Part shown: piece after piece, positions 39,679 to 50,757 of the stretch
Position numbering within the stretch: the stretch's first letter is position 1
How the letters are laid out: each line of letters begins with the position of its first letter
NCBI GenBank assembly: GCA_963837215.1
Contig: CAWIML010000009.1
Location: forward strand, 490,883 to 554,882
Source of the DNA: an uncultured Chloroflexia bacterium
Lineage (GTDB): Bacteria > Chloroflexota > Limnocylindria > Limnocylindrales > CSP1-4
Direction of reading: 5' to 3'
Length of the DNA stretch: 64,000 bases
Notes under the pieces: generated by a model
The model's database searches: none
The model's input: the letters and a program-made list of their open reading frames with translations, nothing else
Told to the model about the DNA's origin: nothing
Made by a program: the position numbers and the translations under genes

Positions 39679-40674
39679 CGACGACCTCCTCGGCCTGCTC
39701 GAAGTAACGGCGGTAGACCTCCTCGAGCCCGATCCCGCTGCCACGGAGGTGGAAGATCGCGTGGCCGCCTGCGGCAAGGCGAGATGCGAGGTCGCGCCGC
39801 CGGTCGCCGTCGCCGGCCACGACCCAGATGCGTGGATCCACGTGGTCTTGGCCCACGATCCGCAGCCCATCCATCGACGCGAGGATGGCCCGGATCGACT
39901 CCGGATCGCCATCGCAGCCGACCTCGACCTCCAGCTCCTGGGCCGGCATGCGCGAGGCGAGCTCCGCGATCGTACCCTGCTCGACCATCCGTCCGCGGAC
40001 GAAGATGCCGACACGGCTGCAGACACGCTCGACCTGCAGGAGCAGGTGGCTGGAGAGGAGGACGGCCACGCCCTCGTCGTCCGCCAGCGCCCGGATGAGG
40101 GCCAGCAGTTCATTGGCACCCACCGGGTCGATGGCCGCCGTGGGCTCATCGAGGATGGCGATCCGCGGCTCGGGCAGGAGCACGTCAGCGAGACCAAGCC
40201 GCTGCCGCATGCCGCGTGAGTACGTCTCGACCGGTCGGTCGGCGGACTCCGTCAGCCCGACGCGTTCGACCAGTGCCGCGATCCGGCTCCTCGGTCCATG
40301 CCTCGGCAGACGATCTCGAGACGGGCCGTATAGCGGAGGTTCTCGCGCCCGGTCATCCCGGCGTAGAAGCCGACATCGTCTGGCAGGTAGCCGACTCGTC
40401 GTTTGACCTCGATCGGGTGGCGCGCGGGATCGAGACCCAGGACCTCGGCCGTGCCGGCATCACGCTCGGTCAATCCAAGGAGCATCAGGATGGTCGTCGT
40501 CTTGCCCGCGCCGTTGGGCCCGAGCAGTCCGAAGACCTCGCCGAACCGGCACCTCGAGATCCAGGCCGTCAACGGCGTTGATGCTCCCGTACCGCTTGGT
40601 CAGGCCCTCGGTCCGGATGGCTACCTGTCGGTGATCGGCTCCGGCTCGACGCGATGTCCTGCGATGTCGTCCAT
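39662..40674 (-). pseudogene. ABC transporter ATP-binding protein with 3 frameshifts (~40622, ~40545, ~40300)
   Basis: The pieces read MDDIAGHRVEPEPITD / [25 protein letters not shown] / [21 protein letters not shown]... / [32 protein letters not shown]...IAILDEPTAAIDP. Confidence 0.75.
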
Positions 40675-40695
40675 GGCTCGACGTTCCGGACCGGC

Positions 40696-41858
40696 CTAGC
40701 GGCGGCCGAATTGCTGGAAGACAAGGAAGAGTCCCGCCAGCACCAACGCGATCGCGGCGATGCCGACAAAGCCCCAGAGCGGTGACGTCTGGACCGTCGT
40801 GCGGATGTCGGTCCGGCCGCTCGCCTGGTCGCTCTTGGCGTCGATGGTCAGGACGTAATCACCCGCGATGGCGTCGTCGGCGGCCGTGACCTGGGCCGTG
40901 ACCGGAGCCGCATCGCCCGGCGCGATGGCCTCGATGACCTCGGGGTCGAATTTCACCGTCCAGCCCTGCGGTGGCGTCGCGGTCATGGCCACGCCGGCCA
41001 GCGGCGCGGAACCGGTGTTGTGGACCTCGAGCGTGACCGGCGTAGCCGATCCTGCGGTCACGTCGGCGTTGAGTCGGCCGTCGGGGGTGGTGACGTCGAG
41101 CGTATAGCTGCCGACGATCTCGACCGCCAGGTCGGCGCGCGCGACGGCCGGGCCGCCGACCGCCTCGACGGCGATGGTGTAGTTCCCGGCCTTCTCTTCG
41201 GCGGGCGCCTCCGCGGTGACCTGGATCTGGGTCGTTCCACCTGCGTCGACGACGGCCGTCGCCGCCTGGGTCGAGCTCGACGGGCGTGCATCGACGGTCC
41301 AGCCGGTCGGACCGGCCGCCTGGAGCGCGAAGGTCTGCTGCTGGCTCGTGTCGTTGCTGAGAGTCAGGTCGAAGCGATACGTCGCCGCCGAGGGGCCCTT
41401 GAGGGTCGGGTAGCGCGCCTCGAGGGTCACGCCGCCGGAGGCGGTGTCCGAGACGCGGATCTCGGCCGACAGGCTGCCCGCGCCGCCACCACGCTCGGCG
41501 GCCCGTACACCGACCCGAACGGCGCCGGGCTGCGCGTCCGCCGGGACCTTGACCTCGAGGTCGACCGATGCCGGTTTGGAGCCGTCGACGTAGATGGCCG
41601 AGACCAGGGAGCCGCCGCCGCGGAAGCTCGCGGTCCAGCCGGTCGGGACGCCGGTCGCCTCAAGGGCGATGGTGCCCGAGCCATTGGCATCGATGGTCAG
41701 CGGGAAGCGCACCGAGCCACCGGGTCGGCAACGACCGCCGGATATGGCGTCGTGACGCTGACCGCGTCGGCCGCCTGCGCCATCGCGCCGACCGGCAGGG
41801 CGGCAACCAGCGCGGCAAGGCTAAGGGATCGCAGCAGGGAGGCTGGTCGCGGCACCAT
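40696..41858 (-). CDS. Secreted, C-terminally anchored protein with tandem NEW3/CARDB-like Ig domains; one frameshift near 41728
   Basis: It has a signal peptide (MVPRPASLLRSLSLAALVAALPVGAMAQA) downstream of GAGGAG. Repeated segments contain P(T/Q)GWT (ATGVPTGWTASF, AAGPTGWTVDA, TPPQGWTVKF). A C-terminal TM segment reads LWGFVGIAAIALVLAGLFLVF. Confidence 0.7.
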
Positions 41859-41957
41859 CGCCATCTCCTCGTGGATTTCGTGGATTGTTCGGGGCGGATC
41901 GTAGGCCCGGTCGATTTAATGACCGCAACGAGCCGATAAAGGATCGGCAACCTCAGC

Positions 41958-44070
41958 CTACGGGGAGGGACGTCTCGCTCTCGCTGCCGGCGCCGATCGT
42001 GTGTCTTCGGCGGCCACCGCTGCCGCGGTCAGGAACTGCTCGTGGTAGAGCCGAGCGTAGAGGCCGTCCTGGGCGAGCAGCTCGCGGTGTGTGCCGCGCT
42101 CCACGATGCGCCCACGGTCGAAGACGAGGATGAGGTCGGCGCGCAGGATGGTCGACAGCCGGTGGGCGATGGCGAGCGTCGTGCGGCCGGCCTCGGCCCG
42201 CTCGAGGGCTGCCTGGATGAGCCGCTCGCTGACGGTGTCGAGCGCCGACGTGGCCTCGTCGAGGATGAGGATGCGGGGGTCCTTGAGCAGGACGCGGGCG
42301 ATCGCGATGCGCTGCTTCTCGCCGCCCGAGAGCTTGTAGCCGCGCTCGCCGACGATCGTGTCGTAGCCCTCAGGCAGCTCCATGATCCGGTCATGGATGG
42401 CGGCCGCTCGTGACGCCGCCTCGAGCTCTGCCTGGTTGGCCTCGGGCCTGGCGTAGAGCAGGTTGTCGCGGACCGAGGCGTGGAAGAGGTACGTCTCCTG
42501 GGTCACGAAGCCGATGACGCGCCCGAGCGACTCGAGCGACAGGTCGCGGATGTCATGTCCGTCGATCTCGATGGCGCCGTCGTCCACGTCGTAGAGGCGA
42601 GGCAGCAGGTAGGTCGTGGTCGTCTTGCCGGCCCCGGACGGGCCGACGAGCGCCACCAGCTGGCCCGGCTTGGCCTCGAAGTCGACGCCATCGACGCCGA
42701 AGGGCTCGAGCGGCCCGACCATCGTGGGCGCCTCGTCGACATGCTGGCGCCACGGATGCATCGGCCCGCGCGTCGGCGGTCCCGAAGGCGTCGCTATCCC
42801 GGGTCACCCCGCCGCCTCAGCCTCCGCCTCGACCGCGGCTCCGGCCCCCGCCTCGGCCGCCGCGACGGCCGCGGCCACGTCGACGTCCGCCGTCTCGGGG
42901 GCCGGTGTGGTGGCAGGTGGTGGCGTCGTCCGATACCGGAAGCGGACCCCCCGGTAGCGGACGTCGCCGCGAACGCTGGACGGATCCAGCTCGAGGGCAT
43001 CGGCCGCGTCCATGATCTCCGGCTTCAGGTCGAGGTACTCGAAGATCCGGTCGAAGAGCGCCAGCGCGCCCTGGACCTCGACCTGCACGTTGAGCAGCTG
43101 GCCGAGCGGGAAGAAGAGGCGGCTCTGGAGGGTCGTGAAGGCGACGATGTCGCCGATCGTCGGCGCGTTCGGGACGCCGGAGAAGATGAGGGCGCCGGCC
43201 AGCCAATACACGAACGCCGGCATGATGCTGAAGATCGTGCCCACGATCATGAAGAACCAGCGGCCGACCATGCTCTGGCGGATCTGGAGCGCCGCCAGCC
43301 TGGCGTTGGCGAGCCGGAATCGCTCGACCGACGCGGTCTGCTGGCCGAACGTCTTGGACAGCAGGATGCCGCTCACGCTGAGCGTCTCCTGGGTGATGGA
43401 GCTGACGTCGGCCAGGCTCTCCTGCGTCTCCGTGCTGATGCTCCGGCGGACCTTGCCCACGCGGTAGGTCAGCCACATGAAGAAGGGCAGCACGATGAGC
43501 GAGAGGAGGGTCAGCTGCCAGGACAGGAAGAGCATGGCGATGATCGTCGTGACCGTGATGATCACGTTGCTGAACACCGAGCTGGCCGTGTCCGTGACCA
43601 CCCCCTGGACGCCGCCGACATCGTTGGCCAGCCGGCTCTGGATCTCGCCGGTGCGGGTCTCGGTGAAGAAGCGCAGCGGCATCCTCTGGAGGTGCGCGTA
43701 GAGGGCGTTGCGCAGGTCCTGCATGACCCGTTGGCCGACCACGTTGTTCCAGTACGACTGCCCGACGCCGATCAGGCCGCTGACGATGGGCACGATGATC
43801 ATCAGCGCCACGAAGAGGTTCAGCTCCGCCCAAGTCCTGCGACGGGATGGCTTCGTCGATGAGCAGCTTGAGCAGGAGCGGGTTGATGAGGCCCAGGAGG
43901 CTGGTCAGGACGATCGCGGCCAGGACCACCAGGACCTGCCAGCGATACGGCCGGAAGAAGCCCGCGATGCGCCGGATGGTGGCGCCTCGTCGCTCCTTCG
44001 GGACCCGTTCAGCCGGCTCGTCGGGTGCGCCGAACGGCCCGCCGCGCATGCCACGTGGCCCGAAGCCCAT
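41958..44070 (-). CDS. Fused TMD-NBD ABC exporter (MsbA/MdlB-like), with one frameshift (~43838) and an in-frame TGA at 42804-42806
   Basis: The N-terminal part is [11 protein letters not shown]...[18 protein letters not shown]. The TMD is ORF 42804..43811. The NBD is ORF 41958..42761 ([35 protein letters not shown]). The TMD and NBD ORFs are in the same frame, separated only by the TGA. Confidence 0.8.
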
Positions 44071-46265
44071 CAGGCCGTGCCCTCGATGACCGGGCGTGGC
44101 TCGGTCGCGCCGCGGCCCTCGTCGCCATCGCCCTCCGGACCCGTCGGCGCTGTCTCGAGGTCGCGGTCGGCCAGACGGCGCCAGCGGGTGGCGAAGAGCC
44201 AGGCGAGCAGGTAGAGCACGGCCACCAGCGGCAGCAGCGCCTGGTAGCCGGTGAGCAGGGCGAGGTACTCCAGCGCGCCGCCGACCATGGCGCCGAGCAG
44301 GTTGCTGGCGAAGGCCATGTCGGCCGTGGCCGTGTCGCGGAACGAGTGACTGAAGACGAGGTTCGCGAAGAAGACCGGCGCGAAGGCGAGGGCCGCGGCG
44401 ATGACGTAGCGCAGCCAGGGCGGGTCGATGAGCAGCTGCTCGGGCGGCAGCAGGAAGGCGACCGCGAGCGCCACGAAGAGCCCGACGTAGAAGACGCTCG
44501 GGCTGCCGGATCGGGAAGCGTGCAGTTGATGAGGATGGCCAGCAGGACGCTGGCCAGGATGGCGAAGAAGGCCAGCGCGTTGACGAGCCAGGTCGTCCCG
44601 AAGAGCAGGCTGAAGCTGACCAGGCTGCGCGTCTCGAGCAGCAGGAAGGCCATGCCGAGCACGAAGAAGTGGGGGCTGAACCGCCGGATGCGTGGTGCCC
44701 GTCGACCCTGGCCGCGACCGCGCACGGCGAGCAGCGCGAAGCCGAGGATGATGGCCAGCGCCACGAGGTAGTAGGGCGCCACGAAGGGCGTCCGCAGGTA
44801 CAGGAACGGCCAGTCGTCGGTCGCCGGCTTGGGCTCGGCCTCGCCCGGCATCGGGACCGCATCGATCGTGTCGCCTGGCGGCGGCGCCGCCGGCCAGGCG
44901 CGACCAGCGGGCCGGCCGCCAGGGCCGCCGTGCACGCGGCCGTAGGTTCGACGCAGCGGCTGCGCCGCCGAAGGCGTCCTCGAGCATGTCGGCGAGCTTG
45001 TCGACCAGCCACGGCTCGCGGTAGTAGTTGTAGAGCACGAAGATGCCGTCGTCGGCTGAGGTGGTCGCGGACGCTGGCGAAGGCCTCCTCGGTGAACAGG
45101 AACGACTCCAGCCGGACGTTGGCCGCCGTGCTGACCAGGGTCAGCGAGTCGGGCAGGGCGAAGATGACCAGGTCGTACTGCTTGTCGGTGTTGCGCAGGA
45201 AGGCCCGGCCGTCGTTGACGATGCGGGTCACGCGCGGGTCGTCGTACGGGTGGTTCGGGATGGTCGCTCGATGCCGATCTGCTGGATGCTGCGGGTCGAT
45301 CTCGACGGCATCGACGTGCTTGGCGCCGCGGTCCAGGGCGACGCGCCACGTCCGAGCCGCTGCCGGCGCCGACGATGAGCACGTCGTCGTAGGTCCGACC
45401 CGGGAACCAGCGTAGACCTGGTCGTAGAACTGCTCCTTGCGTCGACGTCGAGCGGGTGGAGCGCCTGGTGCGGGATGCCGTTGACGTTGATGATGCATCT
45501 CGCCAGTCGCATCGCGATAGGTCGTGATGCGGTAGTACGGCGACCAGATGTCGCCGCGAGCCGCGCCTGGACGGCGACGGCGTAGAGGATCGCCGAGCAT
45601 GGCCACGCCGCCGACCGCAGACCATGCCGTCAGCCCGTTCGCCGAGGGCAAGGAGCGCGATGAGCACGGCCACCACCGCGAACCAGACGACCGGGTTCGT
45701 GCCCAGGCCGCCGAGAGGATCGTGAAGCCGGCGATGCCGGCCATCGAGCCGACGATGTCGATGGCGTACGCCTTGAGCGGCGGCATGCGCCGAAGCAGCG
45801 GGCCGAGCGGCAGGGCCAGGGTGGCCATGACCGCGGTGACGAGGGCGACGACGAGCGGCAGGACCAGGAAGTTGACGTCGGCCGCGCTGCTCTCGGCGAG
45901 GCCGAAGAAGAGCTCGTCCTGCGACTGGACCTGGACGTTGAGCTGGGCGACGAAGACGAGCGCCACGACCGCGAAGAGCAGCGACGCGAAGGGCGACGAG
46001 CGGCGGCCGCCAGCCCTTGCGGCCGAGCAGGATGCCGAGGCCGATGCCCAGGAAGCTGGCCATCAGCAGGAAGTTGCTGAAGAAGCCGATGTAGCGGACG
46101 TTGGCCGGGATCCAGCGGATGAGCAGCAGCTCGACGAAGAGGAGCGTCGCGCTGGTCAGGAAGAGCCGGACGCGTGGATCGGCCAGTGCCCTCGACTCGA
46201 AAGAGGAGTCCGCGGCGCGGATGGCTACGCGGCACGGCGCGCCCGCGACGCAGACGCGCCGTCAC
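44070..46265 (-). pseudogene. Polytopic membrane protein with a central spermidine-synthase-like (SpeE) methyltransferase-fold domain; about 17 frame changes
   Basis: Pieces in three frames read RVRLFLTSATLLFVELLLIRWIPANVRYIGFFSNFLLMASFLGIGLGILLG / DIWSPYYRITTY / IINVNGIPHQ / YDDVLIVGAGSGSDVA / GAKHVDAVEIDP / IVNDGRAFLRNTDKQYDLVIFALPDS / DDGIFVLYNYY / C-terminal TM segments ...FASNLLGAMVGGALEYLAL. Confidence 0.65.
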
Positions 46266-47379
46266 CAGGCGGTGGCGGTCGCCGCCACGGTCAGGCCGAC
46301 CGACTCCAGCCAGCGCTCGGCATCGATCGCCGCTCGCACCCGTCGCCGGCGGCGGTGACCGCCTGCCGATAGCGGTGGTCGTGGACGTCGCCGGCGACGA
46401 AGACGCCCTCGACCTTGGTGCCGCTCTGGTCGTGGACCACGAGGTAGCCCTTGGCGTCTACCTCGAGCCAGTCGCGAAAGACCTCGGTGTTGGGCTTGTG
46501 GCCGATGGCCACGAAGAGTCCTTCCATCGGCTCCTCCGACTCCTCGCCCGACAGCGTGTCGCGCAGTCGAAGGCCGCTGACGACGTCGACGCCGAGGACG
46601 TCGGTGACCTCGGTGTTCCAGCGCACGTCGATCTTGGGGTCCTTGAGGGCGCGGTCGCGCATGATCTTGGAGCCGCGGAAGTCATCGCGCCGGTGGAGCA
46701 TCGTCACGCGCTCGGCGAATCGGGTCAGGAAGGTCGCCTCCTCGAGCGCCGTGTCGCCGCCGCCCACGACCGCCACGTGCTTGTGGCGGAAGAAGAAGCC
46801 ATCGCAGGTCGCGCAGGCGCTGACGCCCCGACCGCGCAGCCGCGTCTCGCTCTCGAGACCGAGCCAGATGGCAGACGCGCCGGTCGCGACGATGACCGAC
46901 TCGGCGCGATGTTCGACACCGCCCGCCCAGAGTCGGAAGGGCCGCTCGCTGAAGTCGACGCGTTCGATGTCCTGATCGACGAATCGGGTCCCGAACCGCT
47001 CAGCCTGCTTGCGGAAGTGATCCATGAGCTCGGGTCCCTGGATGCCGTCCGGGAAGCCCGGGTAGTTCTCGACGTCGCTGGTGATCATCAGCTGGCCGCC
47101 CGGCACATAGCCGGCGATGACGAGCGGCTCGAGGTTGGCGCGCGCGGCGTAGATGGCCGCCGTCAGGCCAGCCGGGCCGGAGCCGACGATGACGACCTTG
47201 TTCGTGGCGCCGGGCCCCTCGCCTGGCTCGGCGTGCGCCGGGTCGGCCGGCTGGAGAAGCGGCTCGCCGACAGGGGCGATGGTCGGAAAGGCGCCCGCCG
47301 GCTTCGCCACCGGGACGGCCTCAGCCACCCCTTCGTCGATCATCTGGATGCCGGAGAAACCCTTGAACTCGTTGACCAT
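46262..47379 (-). CDS. trxB: Thioredoxin-disulfide reductase with an N-terminal extension; one frameshift near 46330 at the 3' end
   Basis: Motifs VVIVGSGPAGLTAAIYAARA, the redox-active CATCDG, and VAVVGGGDTALEEA. The repaired tail (GDGC.AAIDAERWLESVGLTVAATATAW*) ends at TGA 46262-46264 and overlaps the GTG of the next gene. Confidence 0.88.
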
Positions 47380-47385
47380 GCACCT

Positions 47386-47421
47386 ATCCTAGCACGCTGC
47401 CCGCATACTCCCTGGGAGTAT
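47386..47421 (-). promoter_or_regulatory. trxB leaderless-type promoter (TAGGAT -10, 6 nt before the ATG) and a perfect 17-bp palindrome ATACTCC-N3-GGAGTAT (47405-47421) over the -35 region
   Basis: Read directly on the minus strand: ATACTCCCAGGGAGTAT GCGGGCAGCGTGC TAGGAT AGGTGC ATG. Confidence 0.5.
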
Positions 47422-47610
47422 CGCGACCGCTCCATGGAGCAGCCTTCCCGGCCCGCAGGGCGCCTCGGCGCCGCGCCGTAGTGTGCCATGGGCCGGTCGG
47501 GAGGGGTCAGCCTCCACGCCGATCTGGCTGGTCGCCGCTCGCTCGCTGAGATCCTGAGGCCCGCCGTCCTTGGCCGTAGCCTCCACATGTGGCAGAGAGC
47601 CCCATCGCGA

Positions 47611-48394
47611 TCAGCGGAAGAGGTCCGAGTCGGGAGGCATGATCACGTCCTCGTGGATCGATCCATCCCCGTCCGGCAGGTCGGCGCCGCGGATGAGGAC
47701 GACGGGGCGGCCGCTGGTCTTGCCTGAGGCCAGCTCGGCAGCCGATGCGATCTGGTCGGCGACGGCGACGACGGTCGCGCGCATGATCCGACCGCCGGCA
47801 TCAGGCCGACCGCGCTGGTCGTCCAGGGGGCCGAAGCCGGCTACGCCTAGAGCGACGTCCACGATGCCCCAGCGCCATGGTCGACCGAACGAGTCGCTGA
47901 CGACGATGGCGGGGCTGCGGCCGTGCTCGAGGTCGAGCAACGCTGCCAGCCGGAGGCGGATCTCACGCGCCGACCGGTCGGGGTCCTCGGGCAGCAGGCT
48001 GACGGTGTCCGGAGCGACATTCGATGCGTCGACGCCACCATTGGCGCACACGAAACCGTGCCGGGTGCGGGTGATGATCACGCCGCGCTCCATGCGCACG
48101 ATCGCGGCCGCCTCGCGCATCACGACCTCGACCTGCCGTGGGTCGCGCTGCCAACGCTGGCGCGAAGGCGATGGCCTCCGGGCGCGGCGAGACCGTACGC
48201 AGGTCCACGATCGCGCCTTCGGCCTTGGAGACGACCTTTTGCGTGACTACGAGCACGTCGCCCGCGGTCGGTGCCAACTCTGGCTCTTTGGCCATGGCTG
48301 CGCGCCAGGCGTCGGCGATGAGGGCGGGCAGGTCGTCGCCCGGACGGACCTCGGGGAGGGGCGGCAATGCGACGGCCAGGATCCGGTGGCTCAT
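47611..48394 (-). CDS. cofE: Coenzyme F420:L-glutamate ligase CofE (stand-alone, without an FbiB nitroreductase domain); one frameshift near 48160
   Basis: The N-terminal part (MSHRILAVALPPLPEVRPGDDL...VVTQKVVSKAEG) is joined to QRWQRDPRQVEVVMREAAAIVRMERGVIITRTRHGFVCANGGVDASNV... Confidence 0.8.
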
Positions 48395-48401
48395 CGCAGC
48401 C

Positions 48402-49124
48402 TCAGCTCGCGGCAGCCGGAGCCGACGCCAGCAGCGCGGCCAGGCGCTCGGGTCCCAGGAGCGCCAGGTCGTCGGGCGTGTCGAGGTCGAAGCCCAGGGC
48501 GGCATCGACCACCAGCTGCGTCGAAGCGTCGGCCGCTTCGGCGGCTCGGAGGTGTCGCTCGAGGCTACCCGGCCCGAAGCCGGGCTCGATCGCGTCGGGC
48601 GGCGAGAGCAGGAGGGCGTTGGTGCCGCTGCGCGCGTCGGCTGGCGCGATGATGACGACGGGCTGCCCAGCACCGGCCGCGAGGGCCGCGTCTGCAGCCT
48701 CGAGAAGCGCCTCGAGCGACGCGATCTCGAGCACGGGCAGGTCACCGGGCAGGATCAGGATGGCCGTGGCACCCCCGAGGGCGGCGATCGCACGAGCGGC
48801 GCGGATGCCTTCGTTCAGCCCCTGGTCGGCTTGGTGCAGCGGGCTGCCGCCCGCCGCACGAGCGATGGGCACGACCGCGGGGTCCGGACTCACGACATGG
48901 ATAGCCTCTGCGGCGGCCCATCGATGGACGACTTCGAGCGTCCGGCGCAGCAGCCCCTCGATGATGGCGGCGCGCCGGTCGGCATCGAGGACGGGACTCA
49001 GGCGTCGCTTGCCGTCCGCAAGGGCGCGCACGGGCACGATGACATGGAGATGCGCGAGGTCGGCGAGGCGGCGGTCCGGCACGAGCGGATGGTAGGCGAC
49101 ACGATCGACCCGGTCTCCAACCAT
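48402..49124 (-). CDS. cofC: 2-phospho-L-lactate (or phosphoenolpyruvate) guanylyltransferase CofC/FbiD
   Basis: This is the tail of the 781-aa track ORF: HVIVPVRALADGKRRLSPVL...ILILPGDLPVL...DARSGTNALLL...FGPGSLERH. The start at 49124 is uncertain. Confidence 0.75.
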   Translation of the reverse strand: MVGDRVDRVAYHPLVPDRRLADLAHLHVIVPVRALADGKRRLSPVLDADRRAAIIEGLLRRTLEVVHRWAAAEAIHVVSPDPAVVPIARAAGGSPLHQADQGLNEGIRAARAIAALGGATAILILPGDLPVLEIASLEALLEAADAALAAGAGQPVVIIAPADARSGTNALLLSPPDAIEPGFGPGSLERHLRAAEAADASTQLVVDAALGFDLDTPDDLALLGPERLAALLASAPAAAS

Positions 49125-49247
49125 CTTGCGCCACGCCGCCTGCTCACGGCATGCTGCGCTGGCCATGGGTGTCATGTTCGCGATCGGGATCGGGGTCTGG
49201 AAGGCTGACTCGGGTGATCCGTGGGCAGCGCGCTGATCCGCGGCCGG

Positions 49248-49778
49248 ATGGAGTGGATCGTCCGTCCCGCATCCCTGGCCGACGTGGAGGCCATCCGAGC
49301 GGTCGCGTCGTCTGCCTGGCGAGACACGTATGACGGGCTGCTCGATGCCGCGACGATCGAGGCGTTCATCGAACGCGCGTACTCGGTCGAGAGCGTCGAG
49401 CGGCGGATCACGGGGATCTTCCTGGTCGTCGAGGACGACGATCAGGTGGTCGCCTTCGCCAACGCGGTGGCGGACGCGGATCACCTGAACCTGGCGGCGA
49501 TCTACGCCCTGCCTGAGCGGCGCGGGCAGGGCGCTGGCACGAATCTGTTGGAGGCGCTTCGGTCGCGGTTCCCGCGGCTTCCCATCGCCGCGGATGTGCT
49601 GGTCGGCAATCGGAAGGGCGAAGTGTTCTACGAGCGGCGAGGCTTCACGCCCCGCGAGACCATCCAGGCCGAGTTGTTCGGCGAGCCCGTCGTGGAGCGC
49701 CGCTGGTGGTTGCCGCCTCGCGTGGCTGCCGATACCGACGACCAGGCCCTGGCGAGGGATGCGACGGAGCCGGCCTAG
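49248..49778 (+). CDS. GNAT family N-acetyltransferase
   Basis: Sequence MEWIVRPASLADVEAIRAV...LAAIYALPERRGQGAGTNLLEAL...FYERRGF. It lies on the opposite strand between cofC and cofD. The long antisense ORF here is spurious. Confidence 0.8.
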   Translation: MEWIVRPASLADVEAIRAVASSAWRDTYDGLLDAATIEAFIERAYSVESVERRITGIFLVVEDDDQVVAFANAVADADHLNLAAIYALPERRGQGAGTNLLEALRSRFPRLPIAADVLVGNRKGEVFYERRGFTPRETIQAELFGEPVVERRWWLPPRVAADTDDQALARDATEPA

Positions 49779-50757
49779 GGCGCCCCGAACGCCAGGACGG
49801 TTCGCGCGAGCGCGCGTCGGTCGTCGTCCGACTGCATGAGCGTCTGTGCCGCGCGCACCGCCAGGCCGAGCTCGGCGATGGCAGCCGCCTGGTCGGCGTC
49901 CACCTCGTCGATGACGATGCCGTCGAGCAGGCCGGGGTAACGGTCCACGTAGTGCCTTGCCACACCCAACGCGGACGCCTCGCCGCCGAGCGTCACGAAC
50001 ATGCGATCGGCCGGGCCGCGGACCGCAGCGCCGCCGATGATCGGGCTGACCGCCACCAGCGGAGCGGGCGCCTCGAGGAGCGCGTCGAGCATGCCGGGCA
50101 CGGCCAGGATCGGCCCGACGCTCACGAACGGGTTCGACGGCGCCATGAAGATGCGATCGGCAGCGGCGATGGCGTGCAGGGCCTCGTGGGTCGGCTCGGC
50201 CGCCTCGATGCCGTGGATGTGGACTTCGTGGACGTCGACGGCGTGCTGCAGGCGCACGAAGTAGTCCTGGAAGGGAAGCCAGCCGTCGTTCGTGCGCAGG
50301 TGGGTGCGCACGATGTCGTCGGTCATCGGCAGCAGGTGTGCCGCGACCCCGAGCGCTGCCGCCAGTTCGGCCTCGACCTCGGTCAGGCGGGCGCCTCCGC
50401 GCATGCGCCTTCGAGCGCACGAGCTGGGTGGCGATGTCGCGGTCGCCGAGGGCGAACCAGGTCGGCTGCCCGTATCGCTCGAGCATCTCGCGCGCCGACC
50501 AGGTCTCGTCCCGCACGCCCCAGCCCGTGCCCTCGTTGGCCAGGCCGGCGAGCGTATAGAGGATCGTGTCGAGGTCCGGGCAGACGAGCAGGCCGTGGAG
50601 CTCGAGGTCGTCGCCGGTGTTGACGATGATCGAGAGGTCGAGTCCTGGGGCCGACGCGCTCGACGTCCGACCCCGGCGCCTCGGCCAGCATGGCCAGGCC
50701 ATGGCTGAGCTTGGCGCCGCCGTAGCCGCCGGCGAGGACCACGACACGCTGGGTCAT
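49775..50757 (-). CDS. cofD: 2-phospho-L-lactate transferase CofD/FbiA, with two frameshifts (~50660 and ~50405)
   Basis: The pieces read MTQRVVVLAGGYGGAKLSHGLA / GLDLSIIVNTGDDLELHGLLVCPDLDTILYTLAG...FALGDRDIATQLVRS / MRGGARLTEVEAEL...MAPSNPFVSVGPIL. Confidence 0.82.

Noticed and set aside
42804-42806. The in-frame TGA in the ABC exporter as selenocysteine or programmed read-through, and the in-frame TAG at 39285-39287 as pyrrolysine.
   Set aside because: Both lie in the most damaged block, next to many indels. I saw no SECIS-like hairpin immediately downstream. The positions are not catalytic (a low-complexity insert and a TM-proximal loop). Mutation or base error is far more likely.
47440-47610. 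A possible small RNA, tRNA or terminator in the 230-nt gap between cofE and trxB, including the 10-bp palindrome CCACATGTGG at 47583-47592.
   Set aside because: No tRNA cloverleaf features (T-loop GTTCGA/GGTTC) are present. The palindrome has no loop and no following T-tract. The listed small ORFs are compositionally non-coding. The region is best treated as the trxB promoter and cofE 3' region.
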